From Lama guanicoe (Eukaryota): a stretch of DNA of 64,000 nt. A program made the position numbers and the translations under genes. The notes beneath the pieces are model-generated. The model was given only the letters and a program-made list of their open reading frames with translations. It was not told the origin of the DNA and did not search any database. The stretch is taken from positions 1,362,011-1,426,010 of the forward strand of contig MU054117.1 of the NCBI GenBank assembly GCA_013239625.1. The letters are read 5' to 3'. Numbering within the stretch: position 1 is the first letter of the stretch; each line of letters opens with the position of its first letter. This document shows positions 1 to 11,600 of this stretch, in pieces.

Positions 1-24
1 CACTGCTGAGCTGTCCCCTCCCCC
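1..24 (-). mobile_element. 5' end of a Vic-1-like tRNA-derived SINE, truncated by the window edge
   Basis: Reverse complement GGGGGAGGGGACAGCTCAGCAGTG resembles the head of the other SINE copies in the window (GGGGAGGGTGTAGCTCAGTGG at 53221). Confidence 0.55.
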
Positions 25-1930
25 GTGACTGCATCTCGAAGGCTCATTCCTAGCCTGCGTGTGTGGTGTCTTACAGAAGTTTTACACACAAAACATTATT
101 TACATTCTTAACTTTGAGGAGGTAAATCAATCATCAATTCCGAAAGTTTGAAATTTTGTTAAGGAAATGTGTTCTCTGTGGAATTAGCAAGGAAATTGGG
201 CAGCAAGTCAAGAAGAGCAATGTTTCGGGGTCACGCGTGCATTTCTTTAGGTAAAACCCTTATAAGGATATTTACAGCACATTTTAGAAGATTTGAAATT
301 GTATCACAGAAACTCCAGCTGTGGCGAGCTCCCGCAATTACACCTTGTTAAACCAATGACTGCCAGTATTTTAGCACAATAACGGAAAAAATCAATACTG
401 TGACAGCTGAAAAGAACAAAACCAGCCGCATGTGCACACCTGCCAGGAGTGGCTCTCCTGTGGAAGACGAGAAAGGAGAGCAGAGACTGGGGAGCCGGTC
501 CGTGTGGAGTCCTGCTCCTTCCTCAGCCTCCTGGCGGCGTCACCGTGGGGCTCGTCTGCTGTGACACCCGCGGGTTCCCTCCGACAGGCTGGGGAAAGGG
601 TGCCCCACCCAAGCGAACCCTGTTCCTTGTGTGCGGGCGGCGGGGCCTCCTGCTGGGGTGCGACGAGAGGCTGTGTTCTCCCCGCACAGAAAAGGCAGCT
701 TGTTTCAGGGGAGACTGGTGAGCGCCACTCCACCAGCGAGTGGCCGCCCAGGCCCCACGATGACGGGTGACGCCCCTCGGAGGGTGCAGGGCAGATGAAG
801 AGAACGGGCACACGGGCCTTCCCAGCTTGAGCTCTGCCTGGCACGCAACACTCCGACCCACGGAGCTTCCGAGCTGGCACTGTGTCTCTCGACTTCTTTC
901 GCGCCCTCAGGAGACAGTCACGTGGGAGGCTTCCCGCCGTCAGTGTCCACGCCTTCCCACAACTTACCTCGTCCTCCCTCCTGGCTGTGTGCGCCAGTGA
1001 GAGGTCTACACAGCACTCTGAGGAGGGTTAGCACCAAGACACAGGCTTCTCAGGGACACAGGCGGTGAGTCCAGGGGGCGCGAGGCCACGGGTACGTGTG
1101 CACCGAGTGATCATCATTATCACTCTGCCTGGGGAGAGGGCCTCCTCGGTCAGACCTCCAGGGCATCAGATCAAAGGGCGACACTGACACAGCTGGGCTG
1201 TGTTTTTCAGCCAACTGGCCTGGAAAGGAGGGTCCAGACAGTGTCCTGGCAAGTGTTTAACACAGCAGCGCTCCATAAACGAGCGGAAAAGGATTCTTCA
1301 GGCCAACCTGCAGGAAAGGCTTCTTCGCCTTCTTCACTTCTCTTTACTTCCAGGTCAGTGTGGGTGCAACGTCCAAGCCCTGGGGGAGGCCCAGGGAGGC
1401 CCCGGGGAAATGTGCCTGACCCTGAGAGTTCAGAGCATTCTTCTAAAGACAGAGACTGAAGGATTCAGTCCACAGTACAGGTTTTTTTTTTTTAATTTTA
1501 AGACTGTGTATTATTAATTATCATAAAAGTACATCCCAAACCTACTGGCAGAGTATCTGATTTTTCTCTTTCCAGTTTGATGCAAGTCACTGTGAACCTC
1601 ACCAGGACACTGTAAAATCATGCTGGATAGGGTAGTTTATAAATAAAGTAACAACAGGAGAAACTCAGCTGTATGCCCTGGAAGTCCTCCCAGCGGTGCA
1701 TAAAGGTGACTATTAGCGCAGAACAGGAAACAAGCACAAAGGCATGAAACCGAACCCCGCCACGGCAGAAGCACTGCACACACGGGCGTCAGCGGGAACG
1801 AGAAAGCAGAGGGCACACGGCAGGGTTTAATGGGTTACAGAGACACAAGACGTGAGGATGACCGTGGGAAGGAAAGAAGTGAAGGCAAGCAGAGAACACG
1901 TGTGTGTGGTTAAGGAAAGCTGTTTCTCAC

Positions 1931-1997
1931 CGTTCTGAACAAAATGGCTGAACTAAGCACATCTGGCTGGCTATGCCCATATACCCTCCTCCTCATC
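1931..1997 (-). CDS. ERC1: ERC1 neuronal (ERC1b/ELKS1B-type) alternative exon of 67 nt. Coding part 1971-1997 encodes DEEEGIWA-stop, the C-terminal RIM PDZ-binding motif; 1931-1970 is 3'UTR
   Basis: Minus strand reads cctccctag|GAT GAG GAG GAG GGT ATA TGG GCA TAG ... cagaacg|gtgaga. Phase 0, compatible with the upstream exon ending PDQ. The IWA terminus is the hallmark of neuronal ERC/CAST isoforms. Confidence 0.95.
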
Positions 1998-2050
1998 CTA
2001 GGGAGGCATGGCCACGGGCCCCAGGGCAGCATGGGAACGAAAAAGAGCTG

Positions 2051-2057
2051 GTTAGTA
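2051..2057 (-). promoter_or_regulatory. Perfect TACTAAC branch-point consensus for the DEEEGIWA exon
   Basis: Plus-strand gttagta is minus-strand TACTAAC. It is followed by a pyrimidine tract (ctctttttcgttccc) and lies about 54 nt before the acceptor AG at 1998-1999. Confidence 0.7.
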
Positions 2058-3418
2058 TTCGGAACAGACAGCAGCATCACGCGGCAGCAGAAGACGCGCC
2101 CCCCCACCGCCCGCCTCACACCCGGTCCCGATTGGCCGCCGGCCGGCCGCTGCCCCCCCGCCCCGCGCCCCCCAGGACGCTGGCTCTGCCCAGGGCTGGA
2201 GCTGGGCACCAGGGTCACCTCGGAGGCTCTTCTCTATCGTCTGCCTTTGCCTCAACCTCCCTCACTTCTGCTTGCCTCCCACGACTCCCAGGCATCCGAT
2301 TCCTCGCATTCATTAACAAAATCCGTTCCGAGGGAGAGACCCAGTACTTGACCTGCGTACCCTGGCACACGTTTAATTCCAGGTACGAAGAGGCAGGCCG
2401 AGAAAGCAAAACGCCTTCCTGGCAGGGGAAGCTGCTGACCCCGGCCGACAGCTCTCCCTCTGGCCGGCATTAGCGCTTGCGCTGTTGCCCCTCTAATGGA
2501 AGGCTCAGCAAATGTCATCACACCGCGACATCCCTTCTGAATCCTAGAGAATACTGCATTTCTGGTCGTACTGCTGCTTCCATCTGCAGTACTTCTCCTC
2601 CTCCTCCTCAGACACAGCCACGCTGTCACTTAGAGGAGACGCGGCGGGGGGGCTCCCCTGGACTCTTCAGTCATATGGATGCAATTACTTAACTATGATT
2701 CTTCTCTCTCAGCTCTACATTTTAAGGTTGAGCGTGATGGAGATGTTGAAATCTGATTTTTGGCAATGGGACATGAGGTAATCTGTTCACCACTCTCCCT
2801 CATCCATCATATTCAAGATCTTGGGAGCGTTCCCTTCTTCCAAAAAACTGGAGTTGAAAACGGTTCCCTTTGGGCATCAGTGCCTCTTTGGCACTGATGA
2901 GACGCTGAAGGCAACAATTTAACAATGACCCAACCTGGAGGGAACCACCAAGGAAATGGAACGAAGAGACTAAGTTCCAGTCTCCACGTTTCACAGGGGA
3001 TGAGCAGAGATGTTTAGATTTGCGATTAAACAGCAGGAACCTCTACGCTGAGGTGCGTGTGCCTCGCGGAGCTCACGAGGGAAGCTCTGCTCTCTACTAA
3101 GGCACTGTTCCTTCAGTAAGAGAAGCAGGACTGTCACAAACTCAGTATCTCTGAGAAGATTAAATTTTTTCTCATCTCAATTCAAGGATTCTTTATCGAC
3201 CTCAAATCTTTCGAGTATTTCCTCTTAAAATACTCAGAATCATCCACTACCTTCCTATATAGGAACTGATTCTGTGTTTAGAAAATAACAGAAGAGTTTT
3301 CAGAAGCTGATCATTTTCATTTTTCTAACTTACGCCCCAGAAGCTGTAACATGCTAGTACAAAATACACGTAAATAAAAGCACACTGGTTTTCACGAAAC
3401 GCTCAAGAGCAGTCTTAC

Positions 3419-3517
3419 CTGGTCCGGGGAGGGTTTATGGTTGGCTTGGCTGGAAGGGGAGGGCTTGAAGTGGTCGTCCTCGTAACTGTCGGCCATCAGC
3501 TTCATGCGATTTTGTGT
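3419..3517 (-). CDS. ERC1: ERC1 internal coding exon, 99 nt, phase 0/0: TQNRMKLMADSYEDDHFKPSPSSQANHKPSPDQ
   Basis: Acceptor tttcctcctag|ACA CAA AAT and donor GAC CAG|gtaaga. The translation matches the ERC1 segment after ...QQLKQQ and lacks the poly-His tract of ERC2. Confidence 0.96.
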
Positions 3518-3678
3518 CTAGGAGGAAACGATTCGTAAGGTTAAATTTTGATAAAATCACTACGATGTGCTGTAAAGCAACAAGCGCCTTAGGGACGTCA
3601 TAACAGATGAAGTGAATCCTGCCTGAAATAAATTAAACGTCGAATTTCTGAGGATACTGGGGGGAAAAGTTTAGGCAC

Positions 3679-4019
3679 TGTTGGGGACTGAACTGTGTCC
3701 CCTCAAAATTCCTGTGGAAGCCCTAACCCCAATGTGACTGTCTCTGGAGATGGTCTTCAGGAGATTCAAGGTGAAGAGAGGTCTCAAGGACGTGGCCTCG
3801 TAAGACGCGGGAGAGGGAGGTCACTCTCTGTCTGCCGGGGGAGGACACAGTAAGGAGGAGGCTTCTGCAAGCACAGAAGAAGGCTCTCACCAGGAACCGA
3901 ATCAGCCGGCGCCTTGACCGTGCACTTCCCAGCCCTGTAACGGTGAGAAACAAAGGTCTGCGTGGAAGCCGCTCAGTCCGTGGTCATTCTGCTACAACAG
4001 CCCAAGACGGGCTGAGGCA
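3679..4019 (+). mobile_element. MLT1-family (ERVL-MaLR) solo LTR
   Basis: TG...CA ends. MLT1A/B-like motifs (gactgaactgtgtcccctcaaaattc; cagccctgtaacggtgagaaacaaa; aagccgctcagtccgtggtcattctgcta). 5-bp target-site duplication GGCAC at 3674-3678 and 4020-4024. Confidence 0.85.
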
Positions 4020-5164
4020 GGCACCTCGACTGGTACGGGGGTTTTGGAGGGGGACGGAATCCCCCCAAACTGAGCACTTTGTGTAGTTTGTTTTTATTTT
4101 TTAAAATAAAGACTGGATCATACCACACACAGGTTAGAACTCTGTTAACTCTGTTTATCCACTTCAAGATACAGGGGCCCCATTCTTCCATGTCAGCAAA
4201 AGAATTACTCATCCTTTTAACCAACTATTCCATTCTGGGGGGATGTTATACAATATACGGACTATAAATATTGGGGGGATAGTTAGCATTATCTGTAAAT
4301 GGAATGATTAGCTACCTAGAAAATTCGAGAGAACCAACTGGAAAACTGTTCTAACTTAACAGTCAAGTTCAGGAAGGTGATCAGGGAGAGGCGACACATG
4401 AACATTCAACAGCCTTTCTTTACACCGTCAATAAACGATTCGGGTTTTGAAAAGGAGTCGGAGACTCTGAAATCCTGCTCTTCAACCCAAGACCAGAAGA
4501 GGATTAGCATCCTGTTGCTTCTTCTCCATGTTCACCAAAAGGGAGGACTGGGCGGTGATTCTGTGCAGCTGGCTAATCAGAGCCCCAGATGAATGTGACA
4601 CAGACACCGACAACACATTCTAGAGCGTTCACTTTGCAGAGCAAGCACTTCAGAAAATGCAGGGTACGCTACGCATAGAACCAAACAGCGACACTGTTCA
4701 ACTCTGCAGTTCTAAAAGCACTAAAAATACATTTGCTATTATATGACCCGAGAAACGTTCACTGTAGCTAATCTAAAAGACACAAAGAAAAAAAGGAAAA
4801 TCACTGCAAATGCGTCCCACCAGCGGGAATCACTGTTAACATTCAGCTGCACCTGTTCAGCCTCCTCCCCTATGAACACAAAAAGCAGCATGCTTCTCCG
4901 ACTTCTTCTCTAACGCTTCTCTATTTCCGCTGCAACAGGCATCCCGAAACTGCTCCAGCTCACAGCACATTGTAGACCTGGTAGGGCATGTCGTCTCTTT
5001 CTGCCAGCTCTGCTCCGTCAGAATTTGATTGGGTATCTTTGATGCATTTTCTTCTTGAGATGAATTTTCCATGTTTTGTCTAGCTCCATAAAAAGTTTAT
5101 AGAGACTTTTCTTTGGTGGTCCCCCCCCGCCCCCACAATGATGCCCAAGCAAGGGCTTTGCAGC

Positions 5165-5385
5165 CAAGCTGCCTGGACCCGGATTCCGGTGCTGGTAGAC
5201 GTGAGCATCTAAGCTGGGCAAGCGGCTCAAGCGCTCCGAGTCTGTTTCCTCACCTTTAAACTAAGCGTAGCAATACCTCCTCCCCGTAAGGCTGCGGTGA
5301 GGTTAACCCGCTGAGTTAATACGAGGTGTGTCTTGGAATAAGTGCCCGGCGTGAAATCAGTACCCAGCAAAGCTGAGCTGTCACC
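5165..5385 (+). mobile_element. MIR SINE, degenerate
   Basis: Core-like segment gggcaagcggctcaagcgctccgagtctgtttcctcacctttaaa...ggctgcggtgaggttaa...aagtgcccggc. Confidence 0.65.
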
Positions 5386-7399
5386 ACCGCTGTGAGCCTC
5401 TCTTCTCATGTCATTACGTATTATTCTAAAACCTAATTTTAATTGGCTGCCTAGTATCCAGCCGAATGGATGTTTGACGAGCCCTGCACTGTTGGGCATC
5501 TGGGCTCCTTACGTTTTTACCTGATACCCCACGCACATTTCTAAGCAAATTCTTCCCTCGAGTGTGTAACCACAGCAAAGTAAGTATTTATCAACAAATT
5601 GTTTCTGATATCAAACTTCTCTTTTCTGAGATGACTTACAGCGACCTTGAAAACAGCTGTAGGGCAGTGTTTCTCACGTCACGCGGTACCGCGTGACCAG
5701 TGAGAGTCTTCTGCAAAGCAGCTCTTGGGAAGGGGGAAGGAGAGGGCAAAGGGGTGCACCCAGGAAGCCAGCAGCACCCTGCACGTCAGAGCAGCATCCT
5801 CGCCGCCGACCGTAGCAGGACCACGCGGCAGAGGTCCACGTGGACGGTCCTCACCTTGGAGCGTGACACACAGCCGCAACACCCGATGCCCAGGGCGAGT
5901 TTAAACCTTATAAAGAGGCCCAATAAAGCACCGCAAGTCCACTTGCAAGGCAGAATGTATCTCCAGTATTTCTCAGGAATGAGAATGAAAATCTCGCAGA
6001 AGAACTGATCACAGGAGACAGGTAAGACCCATGGTTACTTATCGGACCCACGGAAGTGAACGAAGAAACAGTCGTAACAACTTACTTCACCGTTTCCAAA
6101 AGACAAGAGGCTTATCAGTGTTTAGTTAGGGTTCCCGGGCCTGACGTTCAGAGATATGGTGCGAAGGCAGCTCCCTGCAGAGCCGAGAGATCGAGCGCTG
6201 AGTCCCTGACAGCGCACAGGGCCTTCGACGGACGTTCTCCAGACCCTGCAACCGCGCTCTGCTCCCGAGGAGCTCCTGTTCTAAGCTCTTCCAGGACGAG
6301 GCCAGCAGGCAGAAGGAGCAAGCCCTTCACATCTCACTGACACGGAAGGCACCTTATATCCAAATGTGTTCCCTCTCGGACCACGCCATGTGCAGAGAGC
6401 TCAGCTCCCTCGGTCCCATGACAAAGAGTAAGAGCGTTCGAAGAAAGGAGGGAGGAAAAAAAAGACAGGAAGAAACTTGCTGAAGTGAACGTTCTTAGCT
6501 GTAAGCGCGCATCTGTACCGTCCCAGAAGCAAAGGAGTTTGCCCTTTATTCTGCTCATCTTTTCTTCTCAGACTGAGATGTCGATGGCCAGACAACGTGG
6601 TACACAGACTACATTTCACAGAAAAACGCTTAGTCAAGCTAAGACACAGTGTATGTTGGTTATCCGAACCCAGGTATTACAAGAAAAGGTTTTAATTCTG
6701 ATCAGAGGTATCTGGTTGTTCACTCATCTTCACTTTTCGGTTTGGGATAACACTATTAGCCTCTCTAAAGAAGCTTCAGAAATAATGATACTTAGAAATA
6801 TTCTGAGATGTTTTAGAAAACATCATAAATAAACCTTAACCTTACTAATTAGGGTTATTTCCATTACTAATTATCTTTAAGAGAGCATTAAGATGATTTC
6901 TGCCTCCATTTGTTAGACCTTGGAAATAACTTTATTACAGTGAATATTAACTAAACTTTAATTTGCTGTATTGGCATTGGATAAACAAAATAGCATTATC
7001 TCTAATTAATCCAGGTTGGGGGGGGGTTCAGATTCAGTGCTGGTGATAAATTGAACCAAATTTCAAGAAATTACTTTGAGCTTTATTTTAAACTTCATTT
7101 CATGAAAAAAAAATCAATTGGCCATTAATTTCTCTTGAGTTGTTCATGTTACACACACCTGACTGCCGAGCATCTTTCCTGCTGGGGAAGTGCGTTTCCC
7201 GCCGCCCAGGCAGCTCTGGGAAGGGCTGACGGGAGCCGCGCAGGAGGAAGCGGACGGAAACAGGACCAGAACGAATACTGAATGAGCCCCAGCGCGGTCG
7301 CGTCAGACCCCCCTCACCTCCTGCTTTATCTTCTCAACTTCTATCTCTGTTGTGTGTGCAAGACCCACAACAGAAACGTTTGTTTTCAACTGATTTTGT

Positions 7400-8300
7400 T
7401 TTGATTTTTAAATAGATGAGTTGGGTAGTTTAATTTCAGTCCTGATCAGGACTAAAACGTGGAGGGAACAGCCATCCTGTGCACCCTTTACGTGGTAGCA
7501 GACTCTGCGTCCTTCTGACATGGCGCTGCTCTCAGGGTCTGGCAAATAAGCACTAAGCTCATCTTGCACGTTTCCTGCCTCAGGTCTGGAAGTGGCCACT
7601 TCACCAAGGAGCTCACTCATTCAGGGGAGCTCGGCGGGCGCTGGGTGCTGGGTGCTGGGTGTTGCTAGAGTATTACTACTTCCTGGCTGTTTCAGTTGCA
7701 GGCTGGGAAAACTTTTTTTTTTAAAAGAGGGAGAAGAATTAAGAATAAACGGTAATATTTTCAATTTAGATTTAAGATTTTAGATCTGAATCTTAAAGTT
7801 TTTATTTAACTCTTCGATTTTATACTTTATGTCTTTTTTCTATTATGCTGAAAAACCTAGGTTCCTAATAATAATGACATACTTACTTTTTATTTGCTTT
7901 ATCCATTAACATAATTCTTTAAAAATACCAGTATCATATAGTTACCATTAATAGCTTTCGGGATAAACTTTATCATCTCTTTGCATTATTTTTTCTTCTC
8001 GTCGGCGTGTATCTTGCTGAGAACGTACAGAGAAACACCTGTACTATACGAGACATCAGCTGAAACGATCCCCTGCTCTGCGTGGCCACCTCAACAATTT
8101 AATAAGTAACTAGATTCGTTTGTTTCGGTTTGTTTTCAAAATTCAAGAACTGCTTCCCCCCATTTCTGGTCTACTTTTAGTTTTGATTATGTGAAACATA
8201 CATATAATTCTAGAGTCAAACTATGTAACTAGCTACTTTCAGAGAAGACTTGCTTCCAAGCCTGTCTTCTCCATCCTACTCCCTTCCTCTTTTCACAGGA
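7400..8300 (-). mobile_element. Old L1 (L1MC-like) 3' region fragments
   Basis: Resembles the recalled L1MC 3'UTR reverse complement (gctcatcttgcacgtttcctgcctcaggtctggaagtggccacttcaccaaggagc). Boundaries approximate. Confidence 0.5.
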
Positions 8301-8469
8301 AATTTCTGGGATCAATGTCTAACTTACCTTTAAACTGGTCTTTATGTGACTGTAAGCAAACATGCACTCTCACAACAATTCACGCCTTTACCCACTTTTC
8401 TTACCTAAAAAGCACAGGATTAAATACACTACTCTGCAGGCTGCTTTTTCATTTAACAATGTATTCTCG

Positions 8470-8610
8470 GAACTACAGTCAATATCTTGCAGTAATCTTT
8501 AACGAAAACGATTATGAAAATGAATATATGTGTGCATATGTATGACTGAAACCCTATGCTGTACGCCAGAAATTGACACACTGTTAACTGACTGTACTTC
8601 AACAAAAAAT
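8470..8610 (+). mobile_element. Short younger L1 3' end inserted into an older minus-strand L1M (about 8420-9260)
   Basis: aactacagtcaatatcttgcagtaa...tgactgaaaccctatgctgtacgccagaaattgacaca...tgactgtacttcaacaaaaaa parallels the 3' end of the L1 at 37251-37764. Flanks carry L1M antisense motifs (gattcctagaagtgaagcttctgggtcaaaagg). Confidence 0.7.
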
Positions 8611-11600
8611 GACGAAACTCTCAAAAAACCCCAACATATTCGAGAAGTCACTCCGTGTCAGTGGAGATGGTTCTCGCGCCTTCGTGCGGCTGCACAGCGC
8701 TCCGCTGTGGATGGACGGCAACTGCTTGAACCCGTGCGTGTGCCCCTGTCGGACGGCGGGGTTTTCTCTAAGCTACTGCGACAACAAACACTCATAAACA
8801 CTACAGTAGCCCACGCTGAAGTAACTTGTATATGTGTTATTTTGAAATTCTGAAGATGTATCTTTGGGACAGATTCCTAGAAGTGAAGCTTCTGGGTCAA
8901 AAGGTGAAAACACAGATAAACAGTTTTGCCAGACGCTGCCGAAGCCCCCCCACAGGAGGTGTGCACTTTGCACTCCCGCCAGGACGGTGCCGAGTGCGGG
9001 AAGTGTGCAGCCCTGCCCCCTGAGCACGCTGCTAAACTCCTGCTTTTGGCCGAAGGGCACCTCCGTTTGCCTGTATCTCAGTCTGAGTGAGGCTGAGCGT
9101 CTGCTCACGTTTAAAGACCGTCCACACGTCTTCCCTGTGATTTTCTGTTCACACCTTTCAGCCGCCCTCCACCCCCCGTGACGCTGTTTGCTTCTCAAAT
9201 CTTAGGAATGCTCTTTTTCAGGGATATTCGCCCTCTGTGACGTGAGCTGCAATTCTCTTCTGTAGTCTGGCCTCGCCTTAACTTCCAGAGCCCACGCTCT
9301 CAACGACGGCTCTAACCTGCAACCACTGTCCTGCCTTAACCTTTATACTTTCTCTCTTTAGTTATTTTAAAATCTTTGAAGAAACATACTGCTTCTCCAG
9401 GATCTCAAGTCTTCAGAGAAGTAGGTTACATCTTCCTCTCGGCGGGCTGACTGTGAGCACGTCTTCGGGGGACTTCTGTCTCTCCACGGGAATACTGCGT
9501 GTCGGGGTTGCTGAAGGACCCCAGGGGAGACACTGCGACTGCCTCTTCTGGGCTCGAATGGCGCATCGATTCTTACACTACTGCTTCAGGCGGGAGCTTC
9601 CCACGTCAGGTGGTAGCACGCCCTTCTACCTAAAACCTGCTGGAGGGGCAGGCTCCTGAGTTCTGACATCTCCCAGGGGACGTGGGTCCTTCCCCGGGCC
9701 GCGTTCTTGCTCATGTACCAGCGGTAAAGGTTTGGCTGAGTCATCCGTCTTGCTGTCCCTCGTGTGGCACTCGTCTGACTGCCCTGTCCCACGGCAGGGG
9801 TTCAGTTCCCCTCCCCGGTTCACGTCACCCTACGGTCCCAGCTCCCTTCCCTGTGCAGACACTAAAACCCAGCCTGAGTCTAACTGGTCCCGACTGGTGA
9901 CAATGCCCAGGGCAGCTGCTGCATCTCTGCCTTCCAGTCCCTCTTCGCTTTCGACACCTGCCGATCCTCCTCCCTCTCAGTGAGCGCCGTCTCGCACTGT
10001 GAACTCTGAGAGGCGGTCAAAGCTGATCTAGTACCTTAGGTTTGGAACAAAAGCATTGCGGTGCCATCGGGACCCTCTGTCAGACTCTAATAATGTGTCT
10101 CCATATCTTTTCTTCCCATGGATGGAGAGCCCGTGCGGCTGGGAACAGAAACTCACTCGCCCACGTGTTAACGCAGTTCCCGTAAAACCGTGGCGTGTGA
10201 GGTCCTTCACATACGCCTGTCAAATTCAAGAACCCAGTCTCCTCGGCTGGTTCATTTGGGACTGTACTGTATTGTTTTTCTAGCAATGAGCTTCGTATTT
10301 TGCAAGACTTTTCTACGAAATGACCTTTATTTAAATAATGTACTTTTCCACTTGTATTAATTAAAAATAGATATACTTACCAAACAGAATTGCTCATAAC
10401 GGTGAAAAAGCCAGCGTGACCACAATGAGCTAACCTCAGCCAAAAGGAAAGAAAATAGACATTCCAGCTAACCAGCAGAGTCTTATCTCAAATAAAAACA
10501 ACTGCTATTGTTATATCAGCTCCAAAAAGGACCCTGGGATCCAGGAACTCTGGTTGACAAGCATTTATTAAGTTTTTTCCTTTGATTTCCTCATATGAGA
10601 AAGAGAAATTTTGATTGTAGATGTTCAGGTATTTATTTTGGTGCCCAGTGGGTTTTCTTTTTTTCTTAAAGCTTCATGTAATTTTCTTCTCTTATCTCAA
10701 GGGTACAGTGGACACACCACCATTTATGGTATTAAACTTACAGGGTATCTGCTCTTTCAACATTTTCTGTATTTCCTACCAAAACTCTACTTTTCTTCCC
10801 TCTTTTGGTGGAAAGCAAAGAAACACACCCCCACACCGCCCCCAAAGTTTCAGTTTGCCGTTTTTTTTTTTTCAAAGGAGCCTAGGTTTCTCCATCTCAT
10901 TATGATCATTCCTTAATTCTTAGCGAGGTCTGTGTGGGATTCCCAGCTTCTCTGACACAGACACACGATACAGCCGAGGGATTTTCCAGCAGAGGCCATG
11001 GATTTCCCTGAGCTGCAGACGGCCCTTCCAGCTGCCAGAAGGCACTTATCAGCCTCACCAGGTACCCTGATGTTCACGTACGACTAACACTTTCTGGGTG
11101 CCACGCAGGCTTTAACTGTGAACTTGGGAGGAGAGCAGCCTGCATTCTCTCTCTCTTCCTACAAATATTAACGTGAGGATGAAAATATATGCAGCGTTTA
11201 AAACAGAAAATACTTGATAAGAATTTCTATGCTATTCCTAAGTCTTGAGAGCGGTCCTTTTCCTGGCAAAGCCGTGGTGTGTGAACTCAGACCCAGAACC
11301 ACAAAGCCACCAAGCTCTGGGAATGCAGTGTCTTGTAGGCCAACCTGCTCACGCTGACCCAGACCAACGCCTGACATGAGGCTGCGTGAGACCAGCTGTG
11401 CTGGACACTCAGCTCCTGACCACGGCCTGACTTCCAGCACGTACGCCTCACCCTTGCAGTAAACCGAAAGTAACCCTGTTCAGTTCTAATGCTGTAAAGG
11501 TCACTTCTGCCAGCTGCATCTGCCCTTGAAGGAAACAGAAGTCCTACATTCTGCAAAAGAGGCAGAATGTTTCAGGACTATTAGCCGGATCCAGGGAGAC

